From Terracidiphilus sp. (lineage in GTDB: Bacteria; Acidobacteriota; Terriglobia; Terriglobales; Acidobacteriaceae), in NCBI GenBank assembly GCA_049518435.1, contig JBEKRU010000021.1:63-64062 (forward strand): a DNA stretch of 64,000 nt. Reading direction: 5' to 3'. Numbering within the stretch: position 1 is the stretch's first letter; every line of letters starts with the position of its first letter. This document shows positions 45,954 to 55,476 of this stretch, piece by piece. The translations under genes were made by a program, and so were the position numbers. The notes under the pieces were generated by a model. The model searched no databases. It was not told where the DNA came from and saw nothing but the letters and a program-made list of their open reading frames with translations.

Positions 45954-47464
45954 GCACCCAAGACAAAGTGAAGATCAACAAACTGCCCACTGGAGTTCCG
46001 GGCCTTGATGAGATTGTGGGCGGTGGTCTCCCGGAATTCTCATTCAACATCATTGCGGGTGCACCCGGAAGTGGGAAGACGACGCTGGCACACCAGTTTG
46101 TGTTTGCGAATGCGACCCCGGAACGTCCTGCTCTCTACTTCACCGTCCTCGGCGAGTCCGCAATAAAAATGTTGCGATATCAGCAACAGTACACATTCTT
46201 CGATCCGTCAAAGCTGCACGGCTCCATTCGCTTTGTCAACCTGAGCCAGGTTGTCCTCGAGAAGGACCTAGGCGCGGTTTTGGAGGAGATTACCAGGGAA
46301 GTTGAAAAGGCCAATCCCGCCGTCGTGGTTGTGGATTCCTTCCGCACCATGGTAAGGAAACCGGAGAGTGACATGGACCTGCAATCCTTCATTCAGCGGT
46401 TAGCCCTGTTTCTGGCGAGTTGGCAGGCTACAACTTTCCTCATCGGCGAATATGCTGAGGAGGAACTACGCGATAATCCCATCTTTACCGTCGCCGATGG
46501 CCTGCTCTGGCTGCGCCAGACGACGGAGCGAAATTCAATTGTTCGGAAGTTGCAGATCATCAAACTGCGCGGGCAGGATTCTGTGCCGGGGTTGCACACC
46601 TTCCGCATTACCGACGCCGGCGTGCAAGCCTTCTCGCGCACGTTTGGTTTGACCGCACGCAAGAGGAATCCGCCCGGCGGTCGGCGCCTTTGCTTCGGTA
46701 TTCCGGAATTGGACAAGATGCTGGATGGAGGCGTGCCCGAGGGCGATAGCATACTCGTGGCAGGGTCTTCGGGAACCGGGAAATCTGTTCTGGCAACCCA
46801 ATTCATTGCAGATGGCATAAGCAAGGGGGACCCGGCAATCATAGCGGTTTTTGAGGAACGTCCGGAAGCGTATGCGTTGCGGGCCACTAATTTAGGCCTG
46901 GATTTGGAAACACCGCAGAAAGACGGGAAACTGACGATCCTGTATCTCCGTCCCCTCGACCTGTCAGTGGATGAAACCATGCAGTCGATCCTCGATGCCG
47001 TGCAGCAGATCGGCGCCAAGCGCCTGGTGATCGATTCCCTGGCCGGCTTTGAGATGGCTCTGTCGCCGGGCTTCCGCGCCGACTTTCGCGAATCGCTCTA
47101 CCGGATGATCTTCGCTTTGACAGGAATCGGGGTGACGATTCTGAGCACAGTTGAAGTGGATGAGTCTTTCACGGATTTTCCGTTCAGCACCTACTCGATT
47201 TCTTTCCTTTGCGATGACATCATCCGGATGCGCTACGTATCCATCGATGGGCAGCTTCGCAAGATCATGGTTGTCATCAAGATGCGGGGCGGAAACCATG
47301 CCAAGGATATCCGCGAATATGAAATCACATCCAAAGGCGTAGTTATCCTCGGCAAACGCCTCACAAACTTTCAAGGTCTTATCAGCGGAGTTCCCGTCCA
47401 TTCGGACCGTTCCAGCCTGAAGGAAGAACCCGCGCCGGAGCCTGGAATCGGGAGTAAGAGCTGA
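45950..47464 (+). CDS. KaiC-like double-domain RecA-superfamily ATPase
   Basis: There are two KaiC-type domains, each with Walker A (GAPGSGKTTLAHQF; GSSGTGKSVLATQF) and Walker B (VVVVDSF; RLVIDSL). Domain 2 has FEERPE. The C-terminus ..IKMRGGNHAKDIREYEITSKGV is typical of KaiC/RadA-like proteins. Confidence 0.85.
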   Translation: MSTQDKVKINKLPTGVPGLDEIVGGGLPEFSFNIIAGAPGSGKTTLAHQFVFANATPERPALYFTVLGESAIKMLRYQQQYTFFDPSKLHGSIRFVNLSQVVLEKDLGAVLEEITREVEKANPAVVVVDSFRTMVRKPESDMDLQSFIQRLALFLASWQATTFLIGEYAEEELRDNPIFTVADGLLWLRQTTERNSIVRKLQIIKLRGQDSVPGLHTFRITDAGVQAFSRTFGLTARKRNPPGGRRLCFGIPELDKMLDGGVPEGDSILVAGSSGTGKSVLATQFIADGISKGDPAIIAVFEERPEAYALRATNLGLDLETPQKDGKLTILYLRPLDLSVDETMQSILDAVQQIGAKRLVIDSLAGFEMALSPGFRADFRESLYRMIFALTGIGVTILSTVEVDESFTDFPFSTYSISFLCDDIIRMRYVSIDGQLRKIMVVIKMRGGNHAKDIREYEITSKGVVILGKRLTNFQGLISGVPVHSDRSSLKEEPAPEPGIGSKS

Positions 47465-47780
47465 AGAAACTCTTTGCCGCGTTGCGCGGCCGTGTCGCGC
47501 AGAAGGACCGAGGGTGGTTTCCGGGCAATTCGAGACTTGTAGAAATCTCTGCCTCAAGTTGAACCCGTCGGCAAACGCCCTACCCAGACCTGAGTTCCTG
47601 GACGTATTCGCCGCTCATCCTTCAACTCCTAAACCGGCAAATTGGACTTGAGGGTGTCCTAAAGGGGACAGACATCCGCATGCGTCTTTCTTAATATTGC
47701 TCCTCTGGTGCCTTATGTAGCGGTCCCGCAGATCAGCCGCCCAGCGCCGGAATTGAGATCAACACAGAGGAGCCAACAAA

Positions 47781-47963
47781 ATGAAGCCAAGCACTGAGAA
47801 CGAAGTCGAAGGTAAAATCCACGAAGTGAAGGGCAAGATCAAGGAGAAGGTGGGTCATCTGACGAACGACCCTAACCTGGAAGGCGAGGGTGCTGGCGAG
47901 AATCTAGCTGGGAAGATCCAAAATAAGGTTGGCCAGGTGCAAAAGGTCATCGAAAAACCCTGA
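47781..47963 (+). CDS. CsbD-family stress-response protein
   Basis: 60 aa: ..EVEGKIHEVKGKIKEKVGHLTNDPNLEGEGAGENLAGKIQNKVGQ.. is the canonical CsbD repeat pattern. GAGGAG lies upstream of the ATG. Confidence 0.85.
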   Translation: MKPSTENEVEGKIHEVKGKIKEKVGHLTNDPNLEGEGAGENLAGKIQNKVGQVQKVIEKP

Positions 47964-48024
47964 GTCAGAACTCTGATTGAAGTCTTTCCATCCCAGTGCT
48001 GGCCATTGAAAGCCCACGGAAAAT

Positions 48025-49740
48025 CTAGAATGTAAAAGCCAGCCCGCCCTGAATTCCACGCTGGTTCTGCGCAAAAACCACGACCGAGCCATCGCTCAGC
48101 ACATAAGGCCGGTAACCCTCGGCCAACAGGTTGCGCAGATCCAGCAGAGCTTCAAAACCGCTAACTCCGTCGTGCCGCCTATGAATCGGCTGACAAAGAT
48201 GCAGGTTCAGATACGGCGCAACCGCGTCGGCCGAATACGGCGCCACTCGCGTTACAATCTCGTCGGGCTGCCAGCGGTAGCTCGCTCGCCAGCGCGTTCC
48301 TGTGCCTTCAAGCGTTCCAGAGAGCGACAACGCGTATGTTTGTGTGCGTCGCGGGTGGGCGGTGGCCAGTGCCTGCTCCAACGAGGCGCCCCGCGAGTTC
48401 GCCGCCATGGCCAGCGCATCGCCGGTGGCGTAGCTTACCCGCACCACGTTGCCGCCAGGCAGTTGACGCACCAACGTAGCCGTCATTCCGGCGCTCGTGT
48501 AGTTAGATCCTGCCGCGCGCAGCAATCCACTGGCTGGGTCGAACAACACTGCCCGATTACGAGACTCTGCCGGACGCGTGCCGTTTGTTGCAAAATGGTC
48601 GCTTGCCTCAAGAACAGGGTTCTCGATCCTGTCGGCAAACACCAGCACAGTCATCCCGGTGCGGTCCGTCTGGTGCTGCCAGCCAATCTCCTGATGCATG
48701 CCGCGCTCAACCACCAGGCTGCCATTGCGCAAAGCCATCTTTGGCATCCAGTTTTGCGCTTGCGACTCATCGGCGTCAGAGTCGTGCGCGAAAGTGGCCA
48801 TCCTGTAGCGAACCGTCGAGTCTCCTTCGCGCCAGCCCACTTCCGCAAACGGAAGTACCGCCGCCAGCGTGCTCGGCGAATCTCCCGCCAGGTGCGCCAC
48901 CACCTGCGTCGAGCCCACTTCGGCCTCGAGCTCATCGCCCAGATTCAAATCTTCCCAACTGCGGAAGGCAGCCTCATCCAGCCCAGCGGCTCCATCGCCC
49001 CCCGCCAATTCGTTCTCAATCTCGGGATGGATTGCAATGGCGGCAACCGATTGAACGGAGCCGGCAAATCCAAGGTCCTGCCGAAAACCCAGCATAGACT
49101 CCATGCCCGCGTCGCTGTCTGGCGCAAAATCCACATGGGCAAGCAGTTCGCGGCTGTTGCTCGGCGTTTCTTCCACTGCCGCTGAAATGCGCTCGCCGCT
49201 CTCGCCGAAAGTGCCCTGTTGCCCGGTTGCCATCAGCCGCGCCTTCAACCTGGGCGCGGCTCCCGAACCGTCGGAGACTACTACCAGCGGCCCATCTTCC
49301 AGCCATCGCAACAGAGGCCGGTTCGCCGCGGAGCGAAGCGTCCATTTCCAGTCGTCCTGTTGCGCATTCACTTGCCGAGGCTCGGAAGGAAGCCATTGCA
49401 TCGCTTCATAAAGCGTGCTGAGCGTCAGGTTCACCACCGTGGCCGCACGTACCCGTATATTCTCGCGCAGAGAGGGCAGAAATGAAGTGTTCATCGCCTT
49501 CAACGAGTACTGGCCCGGAGCCAGTGACGCAATCAGGAAACGCCCTTCGCTGTTGGTGTAAACGCTCGTAATGACTGAGAGATCGGGGCGCAGAAGCAGC
49601 ACCTCGGCGCCAATCTGCGGAACACCGGCAGAGTCGCGCACGACCCCCGAAACCGATCCAGGAGCGGCTCCGCGGACCGGAGTGGTGCTCAGGGCAATCA
49701 GCACGACGAAAACAACGAGATGGAGCCTGCGCATGATCAC
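48025..49740 (-). CDS. Carboxypeptidase-regulatory-like domain protein with outer-membrane beta-barrel
   Basis: A signal peptide is followed by SVSGVVRDSAGVPQIGAEVLLL..TNSEGRFLIASLAPGQYSLKA (CarboxypepD_reg). The protein ends ..GGLAFTF. Confidence 0.7.
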   Translation of the reverse strand: MIMRRLHLVVFVVLIALSTTPVRGAAPGSVSGVVRDSAGVPQIGAEVLLLRPDLSVITSVYTNSEGRFLIASLAPGQYSLKAMNTSFLPSLRENIRVRAATVVNLTLSTLYEAMQWLPSEPRQVNAQQDDWKWTLRSAANRPLLRWLEDGPLVVVSDGSGAAPRLKARLMATGQQGTFGESGERISAAVEETPSNSRELLAHVDFAPDSDAGMESMLGFRQDLGFAGSVQSVAAIAIHPEIENELAGGDGAAGLDEAAFRSWEDLNLGDELEAEVGSTQVVAHLAGDSPSTLAAVLPFAEVGWREGDSTVRYRMATFAHDSDADESQAQNWMPKMALRNGSLVVERGMHQEIGWQHQTDRTGMTVLVFADRIENPVLEASDHFATNGTRPAESRNRAVLFDPASGLLRAAGSNYTSAGMTATLVRQLPGGNVVRVSYATGDALAMAANSRGASLEQALATAHPRRTQTYALSLSGTLEGTGTRWRASYRWQPDEIVTRVAPYSADAVAPYLNLHLCQPIHRRHDGVSGFEALLDLRNLLAEGYRPYVLSDGSVVVFAQNQRGIQGGLAFTF

Positions 49741-49842
49741 AATGGGTGACTTTGTGCGGCGTCCCTGGCAATGAACCTGCGAAATGAGCCCGCGCAGTTT
49801 TTCCGATCTTCCGTCAGATAAACCATGTGCGCGGTGTACTTC

Positions 49843-51573
49843 CTATTCCACGACAAAAGGTGCCGATTGCGCAATCTCTTGTTTCGAGATTACGTCATTT
49901 ATTTTGATCGTCACCTTGTACTTTCCCGGTTGCAGCCCCGCCATCGGCAGAGATTTCTCCACCGTCAACTGGTCGCTGTGCTGGCCAAGATCCTTCGAGG
50001 CCAGCTCCTTTTCAAAGATCACCGAGTTTGTCGTTGTGTCGATGATCTGGTATGTCACTGTCGCCGAATTGCTCTTGGTAGCTTCGTCAATGCCCAGGTT
50101 GTACACCTGCATCCAGAAATTCAGCTCCTGGCTTCGTTTGAAGTTCACTGGGGTCGCCGGATTCGCAGCCACTCGCGGGCAAATGTGGGTATTGCCAATC
50201 ACGCAACTCCCCGCGCCAATTTCGCGCGAAGAAACGATGTTCATCTCGTCCCCGAGGATCAGCGACGACGTCGCCAGCTTCTCGTCGTGGAATGTCGGCA
50301 CCTCAAACCCTTTGCCGTAATAACCCAGATGGTCGGGATTGTTCACATCCTTGATGGCGATATCCAACCGGTAGAGCCCGGGCAGCAGCGGAAGCGCCTT
50401 CCAGTATACCGACTTGCGGTCCAGCTGCTTTTCCAGCAACTCCGCCGGCTCCTCCACTGAAACCGTGTCCTCCTGGCTCTGTACCACCTTGTGCGTCAGC
50501 GTGGTCACCTTTACCAGGATGTTCACAAATCCCTTCGAAACGCCGTCTTTGGTTACGAATGTGATGTCGCGGTTCCTCAATTGAATTGTGATCGGAACCA
50601 TGACCGTGCTATCGGTCACCTTCACAAAATCCGTCCGGACATCGAACGGGAATACCGGGCCGCTAAGAATCTTGTGCTCCGAGATAAACGAGTCGAGATC
50701 GGTGAATTTGATCGGCGGAGGCGCAAACAGCTTGGCTGCCATATCGATGCGGTCGAACTGCTTCGACTGGTTCTGCGAAGACATCGGCCCCGCTCCCAGT
50801 GCCTCCATGCCGCCCTTGAAACGGTCTGCCTTCTTGGTCTGGCCCGTCTCTTCCGATTGCGTCAGGCCCGCGCCCGGAACCCGCAGCAAAGCGTCCTTCT
50901 CGCTGCGGTCGATCGTGTAGTGGTAATCGCCGCACTGGCAGGTGTCCACGAACTCAAGGTCAATGTTCTCACCAATGCCCTCAAGATAGCGGTAGTGCCA
51001 TATCTCGAACGGAAACGTCGAGGTCTCGCCGCCGCCCTCTTCAATGGGCCGCTGGTAAGCGCCTCCGGAGGGGTGGGAGTCAATCGAATCCGGCTTGCCG
51101 AAGGATATATAGATATGCCCACGGTCGGTCTTCCAACCCGGCTTGCCAGCGGCAAAGCGCTCGTTTGCATATTGAATGCGCCTGTAATGCTCCTCGCGGA
51201 ACTCGTTTTCCGGCGAATCCGGATTCGGGTTGCGCCGCAACCAGAAATTCTCAATGAACGCGTCCCGCTCCTCATCGTTACTCAGGCTCTTGAACGCCTT
51301 CGACTCTTCGTCGGTAATGATCCAGACCACATCCTGGTTGAGCCAGGTCTTGTAGGCGCCCTTCAACTCCTGCCGAACCGCCTTTTGGGCCGCGATTTTC
51401 TCCTTGTCGGAGCGTTCGCGCTTCAGGGGGTCAACTTCCTGGTCCTGCTTCTGAGCTGAGGCGGCTGGGGTGGATGCCTGCTGGGCAACCATACCGCGTC
51501 CGGGAACCATTGCCAGGCCGCAACCCAGTGCGACGGCGAGAAAAGTGCGTCTGTTGAACGTCATTGCCTTCAA
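49843..51573 (-). CDS. GWxTD-domain protein
   Basis: ..EERDAFIENFWLRRNPNPDSPENEFREEHYRRIQYANERFAAGKPGWKTDRGHIYISFGKPD.. matches the GWxTD signature. A signal peptide is present. Confidence 0.8.
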   Translation of the reverse strand: MKAMTFNRRTFLAVALGCGLAMVPGRGMVAQQASTPAASAQKQDQEVDPLKRERSDKEKIAAQKAVRQELKGAYKTWLNQDVVWIITDEESKAFKSLSNDEERDAFIENFWLRRNPNPDSPENEFREEHYRRIQYANERFAAGKPGWKTDRGHIYISFGKPDSIDSHPSGGAYQRPIEEGGGETSTFPFEIWHYRYLEGIGENIDLEFVDTCQCGDYHYTIDRSEKDALLRVPGAGLTQSEETGQTKKADRFKGGMEALGAGPMSSQNQSKQFDRIDMAAKLFAPPPIKFTDLDSFISEHKILSGPVFPFDVRTDFVKVTDSTVMVPITIQLRNRDITFVTKDGVSKGFVNILVKVTTLTHKVVQSQEDTVSVEEPAELLEKQLDRKSVYWKALPLLPGLYRLDIAIKDVNNPDHLGYYGKGFEVPTFHDEKLATSSLILGDEMNIVSSREIGAGSCVIGNTHICPRVAANPATPVNFKRSQELNFWMQVYNLGIDEATKSNSATVTYQIIDTTTNSVIFEKELASKDLGQHSDQLTVEKSLPMAGLQPGKYKVTIKINDVISKQEIAQSAPFVVE

Positions 51574-51988
51574 AACTCCTGCGAACCTCTATTCTACGGG
51601 TCCCGATAAGGCTGGGCAAGATTCCAATTGGAGCCGGCTTGCGTTTTGGACGCGCAATCGACCCCAAGGTAAGCCGAAAAGTACTTCGACCCTCCAAGAA
51701 ATCCAATCGAAACCCCCGCGAATCCGACCCCCACCTCGAATTTTGAGACCCTTAAGGCTCCTTTAACGTCAAAAAGCCAAGCGCAAATCTTCTGCCACTT
51801 TGATTCCAAGACGCTTCCTCGGTTTTTCTGCCGCTCGGCCTTTGCCGACGGCCGGGTTTCCCCGGAATTGCCCAACCAGCCTTCGGGCCGGAACTGCCCG
51901 CTTGTGAATCGATTTTGCAGAGAGCGGGAACCGTAACCGCTGGAATTGCGTACACTGAAATCGGGGAGACCTGGAGCACGCACCCATC

Positions 51989-53368
51989 ATGAAAAAGATA
52001 ATTTTGATCGTACTCGCCGTTCTGGTGGCCGCCGGCCTCGTGTCGTTTTTCATCTACAGGCAGCAATCTGGCTACACCAAGGTCCTGACCGCCAAGCTGG
52101 TCAAGCAGGATCTGGCCACGGTCGTCAGCGGAACCGGCCAGATCAAGGCCAAGAATTACGTCAATCTCGGCGCCACCGCCATGGGCCGTGTCACCCACTT
52201 CTTTGTGAAGGAGGGAGACATGGTCAAGAAGGGCGAGACCGTCGCTACGATCGAGCACGTGCAACAGGAAGCGAACGTCACCGGCCAGCAGGCCGCCATC
52301 GCTGCTGCCAAGACGGATATCGCCTCTGACATCGCCGCCGAAAAGACCCAGGAAGCCAATGTCGATCATGCCAAGGCCGACCTTGAGCAGAAAAAGCTCG
52401 ATTGGGATCGTGCCCAGGCTCTGTATAAAGACGGCATCATGGCGAAGCAGGACTATGACGCCAAGAAGGCCGCCTACGACCTTGATGTCGCGTCCGTTGC
52501 CCAGGCAGTGGCCCAGCTCAACCAGGCCAAGGCACAGACAGACTCTGCTCGCGGACACCTCGGCACCGCTGTCGCCAGCCTCACCTTCAATCAGGATCTG
52601 CTCGACAGAACCGTCGCCATCGCCCCATTTGACGGCATCGTCACCAACGAGCCCATCCGCGAAGGCGAAACCGTGGTTGAGGGAATTCAGAACGCGGAAG
52701 GCTCCACGCTGATGACTATCGCCGACATGAGCGTGGTCACCGCCGAAGTCAAGGTCGATGAAACCGACATCGTCAATATTTCCATCGGCCAACCCGCCGA
52801 GGTCACCGTAGACGCCATTCCCGGCAAGGTCTTCAAGGGACATGTGACCCTCGTCGGCGACCAGGCCCTGCTCCGCTCCACCGGCCAGGCCACCTCCACA
52901 TCGACCACCGGAACCGAGGAAGCCAAGGACTTCAAAGTCGTGGTTACCCTGGACACAGTCTCGAACGAACTTCGCCCCGGCCTCTCCACGACCGCCAAAA
53001 TCACCACGGCGCACAAGCCCAATGTGCTCTCGCTGCCCATTCAGGCCCTAACCATGCACAACCCCGACGACGACAAGCCAAAGACCGCGGGTAACGTGCA
53101 GGCCGCCTCCACTTCCACCCCCAAGACCGCTCCCATCCAGGGTGTCTACGTGCTGGAAACCGACAAGTCCGGCAAGCTCCGTGCCAGGTTCGTTCCTGTT
53201 ACCACAGGGATTACCGGCGCAACCGACATAGAAGTTCTCTCCGGTCTCAACGAAGGCCAGGAGATCGTTACCGGGCCCTTCAAGACCCTGCGCGCCCTCA
53301 AATCCGGCTCGCTCGTCAAGCGGGACACCGAAAAGCCCGTGGTTCCGGCGTCCGGCTCGTCCTCGTAA
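51989..53368 (+). CDS. Periplasmic adaptor (HlyD/MacA-type membrane fusion protein)
   Basis: An N-terminal TM is followed by a lipoyl-like segment (GRVTHFFVKEGDMVKKGETVATIE), long coiled-coil hairpin repeats and a beta-barrel segment (..IAPFDGIVTNEPIREGE..). Confidence 0.85.
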   Translation: MKKIILIVLAVLVAAGLVSFFIYRQQSGYTKVLTAKLVKQDLATVVSGTGQIKAKNYVNLGATAMGRVTHFFVKEGDMVKKGETVATIEHVQQEANVTGQQAAIAAAKTDIASDIAAEKTQEANVDHAKADLEQKKLDWDRAQALYKDGIMAKQDYDAKKAAYDLDVASVAQAVAQLNQAKAQTDSARGHLGTAVASLTFNQDLLDRTVAIAPFDGIVTNEPIREGETVVEGIQNAEGSTLMTIADMSVVTAEVKVDETDIVNISIGQPAEVTVDAIPGKVFKGHVTLVGDQALLRSTGQATSTSTTGTEEAKDFKVVVTLDTVSNELRPGLSTTAKITTAHKPNVLSLPIQALTMHNPDDDKPKTAGNVQAASTSTPKTAPIQGVYVLETDKSGKLRARFVPVTTGITGATDIEVLSGLNEGQEIVTGPFKTLRALKSGSLVKRDTEKPVVPASGSSS

Positions 53369-53483
53369 TCGAGTTCACCCCATTCCCGGCGAACCGCATT
53401 GGCGCTTCGCCCATCACTGAGGGTTCTCTTCTCCCGAGATTCGGGCAGGAACCCTCAAACCCCTGGCAAAGGAAGAAACTCGG

Positions 53484-54233
53484 ATGGCTTTGGAAACCAG
53501 CAGCGCAGCAGTCGCACAGCCCACGGTCCGCCCCACCGGCGATGTCATTGTTGTCGAAGACCTTTGGCGCACATACGATATGGGGTCCGAGCAGCAGGTC
53601 CAGGCCCTGCGCGGCGTCTCCATGCGCATCAAGCACAATGAGTACGTCGCCATCATGGGCCCCTCCGGTTCGGGTAAATCCACCCTCATGAACTTGATCG
53701 GCTGCCTCGACACGCCCTCCAAAGGCAAATACTGGCTCAACGGCCAGCTCGTTTCCGAGCTCGACGACGACCAGCTCGCGCGCATCCGCAACAAGGAAAT
53801 CGGCTTCGTCTTCCAGACCTTCAACCTGCTCGCCCGCGCCACTTCGCTCCACAACGTCGAGCTGCCCCTCATCTATAACGGAACCCCCACCGCCGCCCGC
53901 ATCGCCCGCGCCAAGGAGTCCCTCACCGACGTCGGCCTCGAGTCGCGGATGAACCACAAGCCCAACGAGCTCTCCGGCGGCCAGCGCCAGCGCGTCGCCA
54001 TCGCCCGTGCCCTCGTCAATCGGCCCTCCATCATCCTCGCCGACGAGCCTACCGGCAATCTCGACTCAAAGACCGGCGACGAAATCATGGCCCTTTTTGA
54101 CTCCCTCCACGCCAACGGAAACACCATCGTCCTCGTCACCCACGAGCCTGACATCGCCGAATACGCACATCGCATCATTCACATCCGCGACGGCCAGATC
54201 TTTTCTGACACCCCCTCCAAGCGCGCCCGGTAG
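53484..54233 (+). CDS. ABC transporter ATP-binding protein (MacB/LolD-type)
   Basis: Walker [10 protein letters not shown], signature [15 protein letters not shown], Walker [13 protein letters not shown]-loop VTHEP. Confidence 0.9.
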   Translation: MALETSSAAVAQPTVRPTGDVIVVEDLWRTYDMGSEQQVQALRGVSMRIKHNEYVAIMGPSGSGKSTLMNLIGCLDTPSKGKYWLNGQLVSELDDDQLARIRNKEIGFVFQTFNLLARATSLHNVELPLIYNGTPTAARIARAKESLTDVGLESRMNHKPNELSGGQRQRVAIARALVNRPSIILADEPTGNLDSKTGDEIMALFDSLHANGNTIVLVTHEPDIAEYAHRIIHIRDGQIFSDTPSKRAR

Positions 54234-54510
54234 CAAATATCCTCCTCTGCTGCCCGCGAAATACTCAGCATCCGAATGGCGATTTCCTCAGGGAGTCGTC
54301 ATCCGATGCTTCATGGCCCGGGCTATACCGGAATGAGAACCACCATTAAACCGGTATAAATCCCGACGATTCTCCCGCAATTCACGAAGAGATTTCCTGG
54401 TCTCTCCCGTTCATGCTTTTCCTACTGTCGCCGATAACTCAACTGTTGGCCCACTACACCTAATCGGGCCGCTACATGAGCCGTCGCATCGGCCCAGGAG
54501 GCAAGGCACC

Positions 54511-55476
54511 GTGAGATCGATCCAGAATGCCGCTCAATTCCCGGCCCCGCCCCACGTTTCCCATCTGGGCCGCTCCACTCTCGGCCCCGCCCTCCTTGAA
54601 CTCGACCCGCCGGCCCTCCAACTCGCGGGTATCAGCGCCGCATGGCGCAAGCTCCTGATGCAGGCCGAGATGGCCGCGCCCCACATCCAGGTCGCCGCAA
54701 TTGAGGGCGAGCACGGCGCCGGTAAGCAAACCCTGGCCCACTACTTATTCAGCCGTTCGCCGCTGGCTAATTCCACTTTTCAGCGGCGGGACGCGCGGGA
54801 GTGGCTGGTGACGGACGCTGATCCTTCGTCGCTTGGCGGGTTCACTTATCTTGATCGGGTGGATCTGCTCGCGCCTCCGGGGCAGGGGCTTTTGTTGCGT
54901 GTTTTGAAGGCTTTACAGGACCGTCCCATGGGCCGTGCCGTGCTTCTGGCGGGTTCGCAGACGTCGCTGCGGCAGATGGCGGGGCAGGGGTTGCTGATGC
55001 CGGATCTGGCGTTCCGGCTGACGGCGGTGCGGCTGGCGATTCCTCCGTTGCGGCAGCGCAGGGAGGATATCGCGCCGATCGCGCAGTGTCTACTGGACCG
55101 GATCTGCGAGCGCTATCAGCAGCGGCCGGTTGCGCTGGGGCCGGGGGCGCTGGCGCGCCTGCTGCAGCACAACTGGCCAGGGAACGTGCGGGAGCTGGGT
55201 TCGGTGCTGGAAACGGCGTTGCTGGAGGCGGAGAACGGGGTGATTCGCGCTGCGGATCTTGCTCTGCCGTCAGGGCTTAGTGAGCCGGAGTCACGGGCCG
55301 CGGCACAGCCGGAGCCTAGCCCGGAGAGTCTGAATCTGGACTCGGTAATACGGCACCATGTGCAGCAGGTGCTGGAGCTGAACCGGGGCAATAAACTGCG
55401 TGCGGCGCGGCAATTGGGCATCAGCCGGTCGACGCTTTACCGGCTTCTCGGGACCGAAGAAGTGCAGGAAAATTGA
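54511..55476 (+). CDS. Sigma54-activator-like AAA+ / Fis-HTH regulator lacking receiver domain and GAFTGA segment
   Basis: Degenerate Walker A GEHGAGKQ and a Walker B-like FTYLDRVD. Also LLLRVL, RLAIPPLRQRREDI, NWPGNVREL and a C-terminal NRGNKLRAARQLGISRSTLYRLL. The roughly 30 aa that normally carry ELFGHxxGAFTGA are absent. Confidence 0.7.
   Translation: MRSIQNAAQFPAPPHVSHLGRSTLGPALLELDPPALQLAGISAAWRKLLMQAEMAAPHIQVAAIEGEHGAGKQTLAHYLFSRSPLANSTFQRRDAREWLVTDADPSSLGGFTYLDRVDLLAPPGQGLLLRVLKALQDRPMGRAVLLAGSQTSLRQMAGQGLLMPDLAFRLTAVRLAIPPLRQRREDIAPIAQCLLDRICERYQQRPVALGPGALARLLQHNWPGNVRELGSVLETALLEAENGVIRAADLALPSGLSEPESRAAAQPEPSPESLNLDSVIRHHVQQVLELNRGNKLRAARQLGISRSTLYRLLGTEEVQEN

Noticed and set aside
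51752-53014. Long antisense or alternative-frame ORFs. Examples are 51752..53014(-), 3274..4143(+), 25155..26084(+), 48172..49185(+), 50491..51459(+), 58495..59130(+), 61133..61963(-) and 6090..6824(+).
   Set aside because: All lie inside better-supported genes or pseudogenes on the other strand or frame. They have Arg/Gly/Pro-rich composition typical of GC-rich shadow ORFs, and no motifs were recognised.
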